64,000 bases of DNA from Terriglobia bacterium (GCA_965222885.1 OZ244973.1:3845664-3909663), one strand, 5' to 3'; shown: positions 28,932 to 39,500, counted from the stretch's first letter. Numbers and translations: made by a program. Notes: generated by a model from the letters alone, not told the origin.

Positions 28932-30416
28932 GTGAAAGTTCTACTCGTATATCCCGAATTCCCTGACACCTTTTGGAGCTTCAAGCACGTTATGCCCTTC
29001 TTGGGGAAAGGGGCAGCGTATCCACCGTTAGGCTTGCTGACAGTGGCTGCCATGCTTCCGCACCACTGGGAGAAACGCGTGGTGGACCTGAATGTGGAAC
29101 CTCTCAAGGATCGTGACCTCGATTGGGCCGATACAGTCCTTTTCAGCGCCATGGTGGTTCAGGAGCCTTCGTTGAAGGTACAGATTCAGCGCTGCCGGCG
29201 CCGGGGATTGCGCACCGTGATCGGAGGTCCCATTACCAGCAGCAACGAGCCTATCCTTGCCGAAGCCGACCACATCGCTGAGGGTGAGGTAGAAGAGTAT
29301 ATCGACGAGTTGTGTAGCGACCTGGACCGGGGCGTAGCGCGACACCATTACGTCAAGCACCAATTCCCTTCTCTGAGCCGCGTACCCCTGCCCCGATTGG
29401 ACCTGATCGACCTTCGGCAATACACGTCCATGGCACTGCAGTATTCGCGAGGATGTCCCTTCAACTGTGAATTTTGCGACATCATCGAGATCTATGGGCG
29501 ACGACCGCGCACCAAAACCTCGGAACAGATACTGGCCGAGCTTGACCAATTCTACCGGCTGGGATGGCGGGGGCGGGTCTTCTTTGTGGATGACAATTTC
29601 ATCGGCAACAAGAAGGAGGTCAAGGCTTTTCTGCCTGATCTGATCCACTGGATGCGCGAGCACAAGTTCCCCTTCTCTCTTCTCACGGAAGCCTCTCTCA
29701 ATCTGGCCCAGGACGCCGAATTGCTTCAAATGATGCGGGAGGCCCACTTCACCACCGTCTTTCTCGGCATTGAAACCCCGGTGGTGGAAAGCCTGCAGGA
29801 GACCCAGAAGCTCCAGAACACGCGAAAGGACCTGCTGGAAAGCGTCCGATTCATCCAATCCTACGGGTTGGAGGTAATGGGGGGCTTCATCGTCGGTTTT
29901 GACAACGATCCTCCCGATGTCTTCGAGCGCCAAATTCGATTTATTCGCGAGGCCGCCATCCCGCTCTCGATGGTGGGGCTGCTTACGGCCTTGCCCAATA
30001 CGCAGTTGTGGCGCCGTCTGAAAAAGGAAGGCCGGCTGCTGAAGGAAAGTTTAGGGAACAACACCCTTGCCGATCTGAATTTCATTCCCAAGATGGATGC
30101 CCAGGAACTGTTGAGTGGCTATCGAAGAATCCTGGAGACTATCTACAACCCGCAGGAGTACTTTGAGCGCGCCTCCGCCTGCCTCACGCAACTGGGATCG
30201 TCGGCCACAGCCAGAACTCCCCTCACGTATTCGGACCTGATAGCATTCGGCCGTTCACTCTGGCGGCAAGGCATGCGAAGCAACTACCGAACCGATTACT
30301 GGAAGTTCCTGGCGGATTCTCTCCGTCGCCACCGTCACCACTTCGACAAAGCCGTCGCTTTGGCCATCATGGGGCACCACTTCTTTGAGCTGACCGCTGC
30401 GACGGAAAACCCCTGA
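28932..30416 (+). CDS. B12-binding domain radical SAM protein with DUF4070-type C-terminus
   Basis: It has an N-terminal B12-binding-like domain (VLLVYPEFP...GLL.VAAML), the radical SAM CX3CX2C motif (GCPFNCEFC), and a C-terminal helical tail. An AGGAG RBS precedes GTG 28932. Confidence 0.85.
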   Translation: MKVLLVYPEFPDTFWSFKHVMPFLGKGAAYPPLGLLTVAAMLPHHWEKRVVDLNVEPLKDRDLDWADTVLFSAMVVQEPSLKVQIQRCRRRGLRTVIGGPITSSNEPILAEADHIAEGEVEEYIDELCSDLDRGVARHHYVKHQFPSLSRVPLPRLDLIDLRQYTSMALQYSRGCPFNCEFCDIIEIYGRRPRTKTSEQILAELDQFYRLGWRGRVFFVDDNFIGNKKEVKAFLPDLIHWMREHKFPFSLLTEASLNLAQDAELLQMMREAHFTTVFLGIETPVVESLQETQKLQNTRKDLLESVRFIQSYGLEVMGGFIVGFDNDPPDVFERQIRFIREAAIPLSMVGLLTALPNTQLWRRLKKEGRLLKESLGNNTLADLNFIPKMDAQELLSGYRRILETIYNPQEYFERASACLTQLGSSATARTPLTYSDLIAFGRSLWRQGMRSNYRTDYWKFLADSLRRHRHHFDKAVALAIMGHHFFELTAATENP

Positions 30417-30874
30417 TTACCCCTGCCTTTCCCGCAACCGCCGATGACACGCCGGGAATTTCCGGCGAAACGCGAGAAGGAGTTTTGCCTTCTCCCGCCC
30501 GACCTGTCCGGGGGTACGATTTCCCTGCAATTCTCTGGCAGGTGGACCCTGAAGGTGAGAACTCTATGGCCTTTCCTTGGGGTGCTTCTGGTTAACCTCG
30601 CAGTGGGTGAGGAGAGGATGGACCTCAATCTTTGTCACGGGACCGAAGTCCCGCTATGAAGGCCGATACCACAACCACGAGCAGCAATAGGACGATCACC
30701 TTGAAGAAAAACATAGCGCTCCCTGTAGGGCGGCCGGCAGACAAAACCGTTCTGCTTCACATTCATTATCCCACAGGATGCGCGCTCCTGTCCTGCGGAC
30801 GACTTTCGCTGATACCAATCCTCGGGTTGTCGTATTTCTGAAAACGTGGGCTACCCTCAACGAGGAGGTCAAGC

Positions 30875-31141
30875 ATGCAGCTAAATCCAAGAGCTTTCAT
30901 TATGACGTGCACCCTTTTCTGGGCAGGTCTTGTTTTGTTAACCGGTTTGGGCAATATGGCGTTCACCGGCTACGGTCAAGCCTTTCTGGAGCTGTGCAGT
31001 TCGCTCTATCCCGGATACCAGGTAACACAAACCATCGGAAGTGTAATCCTGGGAACCGCTTATGCCGCCGTGGATGCGGCCATCGGCAGCTTCCTGTTCG
31101 CCTGGTTGTACAACCGATTCAGCCCGGCTTCGCAACCCTGA
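30875..31141 (+). CDS. small two-TM membrane protein (conserved hypothetical)
   Basis: The 88-aa ORF follows a GAGGAGG RBS. It has two hydrophobic helices and a Gly/Ala-rich C-terminal helix ending in WLYNRF, a pattern I recall from small conserved membrane proteins. Confidence 0.6.
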   Translation: MQLNPRAFIMTCTLFWAGLVLLTGLGNMAFTGYGQAFLELCSSLYPGYQVTQTIGSVILGTAYAAVDAAIGSFLFAWLYNRFSPASQP

Positions 31142-31183
31142 ATCCGGATAGGGCTTGCAGCGGAGCGAGGGCTTAAGGGATCT

Positions 31184-32641
31184 CTAGTCGGCAACGACAG
31201 GCCTTGCGACGATGAACCGGCCGGCTTGTTGCAAGCGAGAGACAACGCACCGCTTGCCCAGCACTTCCATAACCCCAAACAGGCTGGGTGCTACCTGTTG
31301 GCCGGTGAGAGCCACCCGACTTGCGTTGATGAGCAGGCCGGCCTTCAGTCCTTTCCGCTCCGCGAAGCTCCGCAGACACGGTTCGGCAGAGCCGGCGTCA
31401 AAACTCTGCAGGTGGTTCAGTTCGGCGGCAAGCTCCGGAAGATATGTTCCCAGGGAAGCATCCTTCCAAAACTTGTTGACGGCAGCCGGTTCATAGTTGA
31501 CCTCGTCGGCAAAGAAAGCCCGGCTGGAGACGGAGAAATCCTCAAGGGTCCGCATCCGAGGCTGAAGCAGCTCAACCGCCGAGCGAAACCAATTCCGCTT
31601 CGCCCCACCGTAGTCAGGATGCCAAAGCCCAGCGCCTCGCAGCTCCCTCTCGACCCGAGGGATGAGTTTTTCCATAGGAAGAGACCGCAGAATCCGGCTG
31701 TTCATCCAAAAAAGTTTTTCCGAATCAAAAACGGCATTACTCCGCGAGACATTTTCCAGGGAAAATGTCTCGATCATCTCCTCCAAGGTAAGAATTTCCT
31801 TTGATTCGGGAGGGCTCCAACCGAGCCGAGTCAGCAAGCTCACCAACGCCTCGGGCAAGACGCCTTGTTCCCGGTAGGCATCGACCGATGCGGCTCCGTG
31901 GCGCTTGCTCAGACGCGTTCGGTCGGGACCCAGGATCAGGGGCAGGTGCGCAAACCGGGGAGCCGGAAGCCCCAAGGCTCCATAAACCAGAAGCTGCTTA
32001 AAAGTATTCGCAATGTGGTCAGCGCCCCGTATCACATGCGTGATGCCCATGTCCCTATCGTCGGCCACCACACCCAGATGATACGTGGGCTGGCCGTCGG
32101 CACGCAGCAAAACGAAATCGTCGAGGGAAGAATAAGCCACTTCGATGCGCCCCTGCACCAAGTCCTCAAAGGCAGTCATTCCGCTTGCAGGAACCTGAAA
32201 CCGCAACGCATAAGGCCGGCCGGATCGAATCCTCTCTTCCTTCGCGGAATCACGCAAGCGACGGCAGATGCCATCGTACATCCAAGGCCGGCCATCCTCG
32301 ACCGATTGCGCCCGGCGGGCTTTTAATTCCTCGGGAGAACAGAAACAGGGATAAGCATGTTTTTCTTGCAGGAGCTGAAGCGCCACCTCCCGGTATCGAG
32401 CAACCCGCTCGGACTGGCGATAAGGCCCCTCGTCCCAGTTGAGCCCCAGCCATTCCAGTCCCTTCAGGATTCCTTCCACCAACTCTTCGCGTGAACGGTC
32501 AACGTCGGTGTCCTCGATACGCAGGATGAAGACGCCGCCGTGCCGGCGGGCAAAGAGCCAATTCAACAGCGCCGTTCGCGCACCTCCCACATGCAAATAT
32601 CCGGTCGGGGAAGGGGCAAACCGCACACGAATCTTGGACAT
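31184..32641 (-). CDS. gltX: glutamate--tRNA ligase
   Basis: It has RFAPSPTGYLHVGGARTAL (the HIGH region) and a KLSKR-like block (RLSKRHG). I chose the ATG at 32641. Confidence 0.95.
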   Translation of the reverse strand: MSKIRVRFAPSPTGYLHVGGARTALLNWLFARRHGGVFILRIEDTDVDRSREELVEGILKGLEWLGLNWDEGPYRQSERVARYREVALQLLQEKHAYPCFCSPEELKARRAQSVEDGRPWMYDGICRRLRDSAKEERIRSGRPYALRFQVPASGMTAFEDLVQGRIEVAYSSLDDFVLLRADGQPTYHLGVVADDRDMGITHVIRGADHIANTFKQLLVYGALGLPAPRFAHLPLILGPDRTRLSKRHGAASVDAYREQGVLPEALVSLLTRLGWSPPESKEILTLEEMIETFSLENVSRSNAVFDSEKLFWMNSRILRSLPMEKLIPRVERELRGAGLWHPDYGGAKRNWFRSAVELLQPRMRTLEDFSVSSRAFFADEVNYEPAAVNKFWKDASLGTYLPELAAELNHLQSFDAGSAEPCLRSFAERKGLKAGLLINASRVALTGQQVAPSLFGVMEVLGKRCVVSRLQQAGRFIVARPVVAD

Positions 32642-32828
32642 CCAAACCTCTCGACGATTCCGCGAATCCCCATCGTAGTCAAATTTCCAATGGGAGGGAA
32701 GCAACCGACCCGACGGTATAGGAGATACCTGAGAAACGAATCACCCTGGCACCGGGGGGGCGGAACTCTTTTCCCTTCGATAAGACCGGGCCGTGGCACC
32801 CCGACACTGTTGCCGGGCGGGAGGAACG

Positions 32829-33914
32829 TCAACGGACCCTGTAAGACTGCAGCTTTCCCCAGTCCCACTGAAGCCCGTGGCCCGGTGTCTCGGGCACCTG
32901 ATATTCGCCTTTTTCCAATACGGGAGGGTCGATGAGCACCGTATCCAACTGCGGCAGATATTCCACGAAGAGCGCATGCGGCGTCGCCGCCACCAGTTGC
33001 AGGTGCATCTCAGCCAGGAAGTGAGGCGCGATCGACAGATTCTTCTCCGCCGCTAAACGCGCTATACGCAGCCACTCGCTGGGTCCGCCGACTTGGACCA
33101 CATCAGGCTGAAAAATCCTTGCAGCCTCCCAATGGGCATAGTCCTCGAAAGCCCAGCGGTGATTGAGACTCTCCCCGACGGCAACGGGAATTTTCGTGGA
33201 ACTTTGCAGGCGCGCATGGCCCCGGACGTCAAAAGCCTCCAACGGCTCCTCGAGCCAATAGATGCCCAAATCTTCGAACGCCCGGGCACGCCGGATGGCC
33301 TCCTCGACGTCCCAGCACAGGTTGGCATCCACCATGATACGGAATGAATCCCCCACTGCTTCACGCACCGCCTCCAGACGCGCCACATCTTCCTTCAAGG
33401 TCGGCTTTCCCACCTTGATCTTGACGCCCTTGAACCCTTCCGCTACGGCCTGGGTGGCCTGCACGGCTAAATCTTCCACCGGCAACTGCAACCATCCCAC
33501 CTCGGTGTTGTAAGTAGGAATTCGGGTCCGATCACCGCCGAGCAGCCGGAACAACGGTTTTCCTTCGGCTTGTGCCCGGATGTCCCAAAAGGCCAAGTCA
33601 ATCGGGGAAACACCCAGCGTCCCCAAGGTGCCACGCCGAATCCAACTAAATCTCCACCACAGGGCCTCCCAAGCCGCCTCCGGTGTCTCGAACGTCTGGC
33701 CCACCAACCAAGGAGCCATATCGTCGTTCAGAAGAGAAAAAACCGCCCGGCCGCCCTCCCCGATGGTGTAACTGAAACCTGTTCTCTCCAACCCGTCTTG
33801 GGTGCGGACGCGAGCCAGGATCAATTCGAAGGCCGAAAATTGCTGAATGGAATCGACGCGAACTTTCTTGGGCGGAACCCGATAAAGCGAGGTTTCAATC
33901 TTGGCAATTTTCAT
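32829..33914 (-). CDS. enolase-superfamily enzyme (mandelate racemase / muconate lactonizing family)
   Basis: The metal-ligand blocks KIKVG...VDAN...EEP...GES and the barrel layout match this family. The ATG overlaps the stop of the upstream oxidase (ATGA). Confidence 0.9.
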   Translation of the reverse strand: MKIAKIETSLYRVPPKKVRVDSIQQFSAFELILARVRTQDGLERTGFSYTIGEGGRAVFSLLNDDMAPWLVGQTFETPEAAWEALWWRFSWIRRGTLGTLGVSPIDLAFWDIRAQAEGKPLFRLLGGDRTRIPTYNTEVGWLQLPVEDLAVQATQAVAEGFKGVKIKVGKPTLKEDVARLEAVREAVGDSFRIMVDANLCWDVEEAIRRARAFEDLGIYWLEEPLEAFDVRGHARLQSSTKIPVAVGESLNHRWAFEDYAHWEAARIFQPDVVQVGGPSEWLRIARLAAEKNLSIAPHFLAEMHLQLVAATPHALFVEYLPQLDTVLIDPPVLEKGEYQVPETPGHGLQWDWGKLQSYRVR

Positions 33915-35056
33915 TTTTCCCTCCTTGTTGCCGTACTCGGTCCGGAACCAAAACGAAGGGGACTAAAGGGAGTTAAAAGGGGCGAACCGGCATTCTTCAA
34001 GATCAGATCAGAGAGGAGTCGGGCCGTGATGGGAGCCAACAAAATTCCGCTCCGATAATGCCCGGTGGCCATCACCAGGTTCGAAAGCTCGCCTCGCCCG
34101 AGGATGGGAGCATGATCGCGGGTATCGGGTCGGAGTCCCGCCCAGGCACGGCAAAATCGTGCCTCTCGGAGCCACGGCGCGAAACGCATGGTTCCCTTGA
34201 GAATGGAAAGCAGTCCGTCCGCCGTCACATGGGCATTGAACCCCGCATCCTCGATGGTGGCACCTACCAGCAGCCGCCCTTCTCCTCTCGGCACCCAATA
34301 CCAGGGACCGGACCAAACCGTGTAAGGAAGCTCCCGATTCGTCTGAAGCTCCAATATCTGGCCTCGAATCGGACGTACGGGAAGATTCATCTTGAATAAT
34401 TGTGCCATTTGCCCGGACCAACAACCGGCAGCCAGAACAAACTGATCTGCCGAAAATCTTCTCGTGGTACTGGTAATGTGAACCACACGATCTCTCTCCA
34501 GGGCCGCCGCACGAATTTCAGTATCGGCGATGAAGCGAACGCCTGCTCTTCGGCACGCCTCCAGGGTGGCTTCCGTGAGGGCTGCACTGTCCAGCCAGTG
34601 GTCTCCCGGAACATAAAGCCCCCCTTCGATATCGAGGCTGAGGCCGGCACCCATTCGGAGAACCTTTTCAGAAGAGAGCTTTTCCACCGGCAGTTGGAGC
34701 CTTCTCTGCTCTGCAAAACTTCGATCCAGCTCTTGCCATTCCTCTTTCCTGCGGGCAACGACAAGAGTCCCGCGATCAAAGTAATCCACGTGGGTCCCGC
34801 TGGTTTCACGGATTTCTTGCAGGTATTGCGGGTAGAGCTTCCGGCTCGCCAGGCACAGCCGAGAAAAGTCATCCGCCACCTTGAGATGGCTCTGTGCGGT
34901 CAGCATGCCGGCCGCGGCGTGACTGGCTTGCTGGCCCGGCTCCCCCCGGTCCAGCACAATGACCCGCCGGCCGGCCTGCGCCAGGCGAAACGCCAACGCG
35001 CTGCCGATGAGGCCCCCACCGATGACAATAATATCCGCCGTCTCCACACTTTTCAT
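33911..35056 (-). CDS. FAD-dependent oxidoreductase (glycine/D-amino-acid oxidase, ThiO/DadA-like)
   Basis: It has the DIIVIGGGLIGSALA dinucleotide motif, and the DAO-family layout continues to the C-terminal GHYRSGILLAP block. I chose ATG 35056. Confidence 0.85.
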   Translation of the reverse strand: MKSVETADIIVIGGGLIGSALAFRLAQAGRRVIVLDRGEPGQQASHAAAGMLTAQSHLKVADDFSRLCLASRKLYPQYLQEIRETSGTHVDYFDRGTLVVARRKEEWQELDRSFAEQRRLQLPVEKLSSEKVLRMGAGLSLDIEGGLYVPGDHWLDSAALTEATLEACRRAGVRFIADTEIRAAALERDRVVHITSTTRRFSADQFVLAAGCWSGQMAQLFKMNLPVRPIRGQILELQTNRELPYTVWSGPWYWVPRGEGRLLVGATIEDAGFNAHVTADGLLSILKGTMRFAPWLREARFCRAWAGLRPDTRDHAPILGRGELSNLVMATGHYRSGILLAPITARLLSDLILKNAGSPLLTPFSPLRFGSGPSTATRREK

Positions 35057-35335
35057 CAGACACGCTATGAACCAAGACCCGAGCTGAGTCTGCTTTCCTG
35101 CCGCAAAGCTCACTACCTGCTTTACCGGAATCGACTCGCAGAAAAACTCAGGCCTGACTTTCTGGTGCAGTCTTCACTTTTGTTCAACCCCCAGGTGCTG
35201 TCAAGGAATTTTCTCCAACGATGTTCCTTTGGCGGTCCCGGGATCCGTTCTTGAACATCCGGGAAGGAACACCCGGAACCCCGTGAACTTCCCGATTCGA
35301 TCTCACGGATCCAGGTGCTGCGGGTCAATTAACAT

Positions 35336-35364
35336 TTGCCGCACCGAAGTGTTTATTTTAGAAT
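35336..35364 (+). promoter_or_regulatory. candidate sigma70-type promoter
   Basis: TTGCCG (35336-35341), a 17-nt spacer and TAGAAT (35359-35364) lie about 90 nt upstream of the small ORF at 35456. Confidence 0.4.
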
Positions 35365-35455
35365 CATCTTGTCACTCCAACAGTTCAAGGAATCGGAACC
35401 GTGCTTTTTCCGGCACGGCTGGAGGGATCATCCTTATACGGCCTGAGGGAAAAAT

Positions 35456-35674
35456 ATGTATCACTACGATCTGACGACCGCGTTGGAGGAACTGGATGAG
35501 GAGGCCCTGCTTCCCAATCCGGTCCATGTACGGGACATGATCATGCGCGCCGGTCTCAACCCGAAAAGTGCGGCCGAAGTAAACCGTGAATTTCAGCAGT
35601 ACCTCCGCCGGTTTGGAGAGCTGCAAAAGATCGGCCGGGCCATCCTGGAAAAACTACGGGAGCCGAAGACGTAA
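35456..35674 (+). CDS. hypothetical small protein
   Basis: The 72-aa ORF has a protein-like helical sequence and sits downstream of the predicted promoter. No family is recognised. Confidence 0.5.
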   Translation: MYHYDLTTALEELDEEALLPNPVHVRDMIMRAGLNPKSAAEVNREFQQYLRRFGELQKIGRAILEKLREPKT

Positions 35675-35695
35675 AGTCCCCGAAACCTCTCCGAG

Positions 35696-36358
35696 TTGAG
35701 GAACGAAAAGAGGCGAGTCGTGGCCTGTCCCATTTGCAACAACCGAAAAGCGAAGCGATTCTGCCCAGCCAGGGCTGAGACGATCTGTTCCATCTGCTGC
35801 GGGACCGAGCGTGAAGTGACCCTCGATTGCCCCTACGACTGTCCCTATCTGGTCAGCAGCCGAACCTACGACTTCCAGCGCCGGGTTCAGGATCGGAAAC
35901 AACTCCCGTTTCCCGATATCCAAATCTCCTCTTCTTTTCTGGCTGAGAACCAGGCGCTGCTGATGAAATTGGGTTCCGCCATCTGCTTGTTCGCCCGGGA
36001 CCATGCTCCCCTGGTGGACTCCGATGTCATCGAGTGCACCAAAGCGCTGGCGGAAACACATCGAACCCTCGAAAGCGGCCTCTACTACGAGCAGCCCCCC
36101 CAGTCTTCGGTCCAACGCGAACTCTACGCCCACCTCGCGGCTTCTCTGCAGGAGTTTGAGCAGGAAAGAATCCGGCAGCAGGTCGTGATCGGTAGCAAGC
36201 ATCACGATACCGGACAAATGTTCATCTTTCTGACCCAGTTGGGGTCCTTTCGGAAGAACGGGCGACCGAAGAGCCGTGCCTATATCGATTTTCTTTGGTC
36301 GAATTTCTCGACTCCTGATCTCCAACGGCGAGGTTCCCCAATCGTGCTGTTGGAATAG
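35696..36358 (+). CDS. hypothetical protein with N-terminal 8-Cys cluster
   Basis: The 220-aa ORF has CPIC-x7-C-x7-C-xx-CC-x9-C-xxx-C in its first 50 residues, then a helical domain. No family is recognised. The start is uncertain (TTG 35696). Confidence 0.6.
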   Translation: MRNEKRRVVACPICNNRKAKRFCPARAETICSICCGTEREVTLDCPYDCPYLVSSRTYDFQRRVQDRKQLPFPDIQISSSFLAENQALLMKLGSAICLFARDHAPLVDSDVIECTKALAETHRTLESGLYYEQPPQSSVQRELYAHLAASLQEFEQERIRQQVVIGSKHHDTGQMFIFLTQLGSFRKNGRPKSRAYIDFLWSNFSTPDLQRRGSPIVLLE

Positions 36359-36598
36359 CTGAGAGAGTCCCTGCCGGCCCGGTCTGCCGCCGAAACGGCC
36401 TTTCCGAAACTTGGCGGGATTCCATTCCCTTCCAGGGTGGAACACTCTTTTCCGGCATGTCGCAATGTCGCCTTTTATCCGATTTCTGAAGTTTGAGAGA
36501 AAATTTATAAGAACCACCAAAAGCATTTCAGTTTCCCTGGAGACCCATACAGGGTTAAGATAAAGGTGTGGGGCTCATTCTAAAAACCAACCAACAAG

Positions 36599-39500
36599 AT
36601 GCTGAATAGATCAAAAAGTAATACAGATAAAGGGCTTTATTGTCCCGATGAGCGCGACTCCTGCGGAGTTGGCTTTGTAGCCCAACTGGGTGCCTCCCCT
36701 TCGCATCGGATCGTAGAGCAAGCCCTGGAAAGCCTGAGCCGGCTTACCCACCGCGGAGGAGTTGACGCCGACGGTGTCAGCGGCGACGGTGCGGGTGTGT
36801 TGACCCACCTACCTCACGAATTTTTTAACGAAGAAGCCCGAAAACTGGACCCCAACTATAATCCCGACTGGCAGATTGCCGTCGGAGTTTTCTTCCTCCC
36901 TTCCGACCCGATGGTGCGCCAAAAAATCCTCTCCATCGCGGGCAACGTGGTGGAAAGACGTGGTCTGCACTGCGTCGGATGGCGTCATGTGCCGCGGAAT
37001 CATAAGGCTCTAGGTCCCCAGGCGCGGGAAACTCAACCCATGATTCTTCATCTGCTCGTCGCCCAACCCTCCGGGCAGGCGAGGGGATACGAGCAGACCC
37101 TCTATCTGGTTCGCAAGGAAATCGAACGGCGGGTGCAAGAGGCCGGAATCCGGGACCTGTACATCCCCTCCTTCTCTTCCCGCACCATCGTTTACAAAGG
37201 CTTGATGGCGCCTCGGCAACTGGGCGTTTTTTATCGCGATCTGCAGCAGGAAAACTTCGTCAGCTCGGCAGCCCTCTTTCATCAACGATTCAGCACCAAC
37301 ACCTCCCCCAGTTGGGAACTGGCCCAGCCCTTCCGCATGATCGCTCACAACGGCGAAATCAACACCTTGCTCGGCAATCGCAATTGGATGAAGGCGCGGG
37401 AGTCTGTACTGGAACATCCCATCTGGGGAACTGACGTAGAGTGGCTCAAGCCGGTGGTGCAGCCGGCAGGAAGCGACTCGGCGAGCTTTGACAACGGCCT
37501 GGAGTTGTTGACTCGCTCGGGCCGGACCGTCCATCACGCGCTCTTGATGATGATACCCGAAGCCTGGGAAAATTCCGTTGAAGTTTCCCCCAACGTCAAG
37601 GCGTTCTACCACTACCATGCTTGCCTGATGGAACCTTGGGACGGGCCGGCTGCGGTGGCCTTCATGGATGGACCGCTCGTAGGGGCTGCGCTCGACCGCA
37701 ACGGGCTGAGGCCGGCACGCTACACCATCACCCACGACGGGTTGGTCGTATTGGGCTCTGAGGTGGGATTACAGGATATCGAGCCGGAACGCATCCGGGA
37801 GAAAGGGCGGCTGGGGCCAGGCCAGATCCTGCTGGTGGATTTGGAACACCACAAAATCTTCACCAATGACCAAGTGAAGCGCTCCGTCTCCCACGGCCGC
37901 AAATATCGCCGATGGATTCTACGCGAGATGACCCTCTGCCCGCGCTTGAAGGCTTCCGAGGAGACCTTTTGCTCGCCCGAAGGGTGGGGCATTTCCACGG
38001 TATCCAAAGACCGCAAGGGATTCCTGTCCACCCAGCGAGCCTTCGGCTACACGGAAGAAGACGTAGAGCTGCTCATCCGGCCCATGGCGGCGGAAAAGAA
38101 AGAGCCTGTGGGTTCGATGGGAGACGACACGCCGCTGGCAGCCCTGTCGAATCGTCCGCGACTCCTATACGACTATTTCCGGCAAATGTTTGCGCAGGTC
38201 ACCAACCCCGCCATTGACCCTCTGCGGGAATCGCTGGTGATGTCGTTGAGCCTCTATTTGGGCGCTCGGCACAGCGTACTGGTCGAGACACCCCAGCACG
38301 CGTCCCTGCTGCGTTTGGAGTCCCCCTTCCTTTTCAACGAAGAACTGACCCAGCTTAAACGAGTCGCCAACGGGCGGTTCAATCCCGTCACGGTTTCTAC
38401 CCTATTTGACCCGACCGGAGAGCCCAGCAAGAGCATCCGGAACTTCAGGCAGGCCTTGGGACGCATTGTGCAGGAAGCCCGAGATGCAGTGGCCAGGGGT
38501 AGCAGTCTTTTGATCCTCACCGATCGCGGTGTAAGTCCGGAACGCGCTGCCGTTCCCATGCTCCTCGCCGCAGCCGCCGTTGCGGAGCGGCTGCTGGCCG
38601 AAGGGATGGGCAATCGAGTCGATTTCGTGGTCGAAACCGCTGAGGCCTGGGAACCGCACCATTTTGCCTGCCTGCTCTCGTTCGGGGCAGCCGGGGTGAA
38701 TCCTTACCTAGCCTTGGAAACGGTGGCGGACTTGGCCTGGAGACGGCAACTGGGAGATGTGGATGTCGAGCAAGCCTTGGAAAATTACAGGGCTGCCACC
38801 GAGTCGGGTATCAAGAAAGTCCTCTCGAAGATGGGTATCTCCACGGTGGCCAGTTATCTGGGCGGGAAGTTTTTTGAGATCATAGGGCTTGACCCGAGCG
38901 TGGTGGAGGGGTTTTTCCCCGGGACTCGTTCCTCCATGAGCGGGCGAACCTTGGCCGACATCGCCTCCGACGTCCTGGACCGCCACGCGAACGCCTATGG
39001 TAGCCCTCATAGCCGGCTGGAATTTGCCGGCATCTATCGCTTTCGGAAAGGAACCGAACGGCATGCCTCAAGCCCCGAGGTCATTCGGAATCTCCACAAG
39101 GCCGCCCGTCAGGGTGACGCGGAAGCTTTCCAGAAGTTCACCGAGGCGGTCGAGCATCGCGCGCCAATGACCCTGCGGGACTTGCTGCGCTTTGCCCCGT
39201 CCCATCCCATCCCCCTGGAGGAGGTGGAACCGGTCGAGTCGATCTGGAAAAGGTTCTCGACCCAGGCGATGTCTCTCGGGGCTCTGAGCATGGAGACCCA
39301 GCAAGCCTTGGCAGTTGCCATGAACCGGATCGGCGGCAGATCCAACACGGGTGAGGGGGGTGAAGATCGGGATGTTTACCTCGAACTCGAGGGCGGACTT
39401 TCCGCCAATAACAAGATCAAGCAGGTTGCCTCGGGCCGTTTCGGGGTGACGCCGGAATATCTGGTCCACGCTGAAGAGCTGGAAATCAAGATGGCGCAGG

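Noticed and set aside
29028-29933. 301-aa minus-strand ORF
   Set aside because: It is antisense to the radical SAM gene. It is a shadow ORF.
35057-35230. Possible TPP riboswitch upstream of the ThiO-like gene
   Set aside because: Only scattered fragments are present (CTGAG, GGGGTTGAAC), in the wrong order. No thiamine genes are nearby.
35654-36526. 290-aa minus-strand ORF
   Set aside because: It is entirely antisense to the Cys-rich ORF and the gltB upstream region. It has a Gly/Arg/Pro-rich composition with no motifs, which is typical of a GC-rich shadow ORF.
36359-36598. Sigma54-type promoter upstream of gltB (TGGAAC-N5-TTTCC)
   Set aside because: The -12 element lacks the conserved GC, and the -24/-12 spacing fits only loosely. 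This is not supportable without data.
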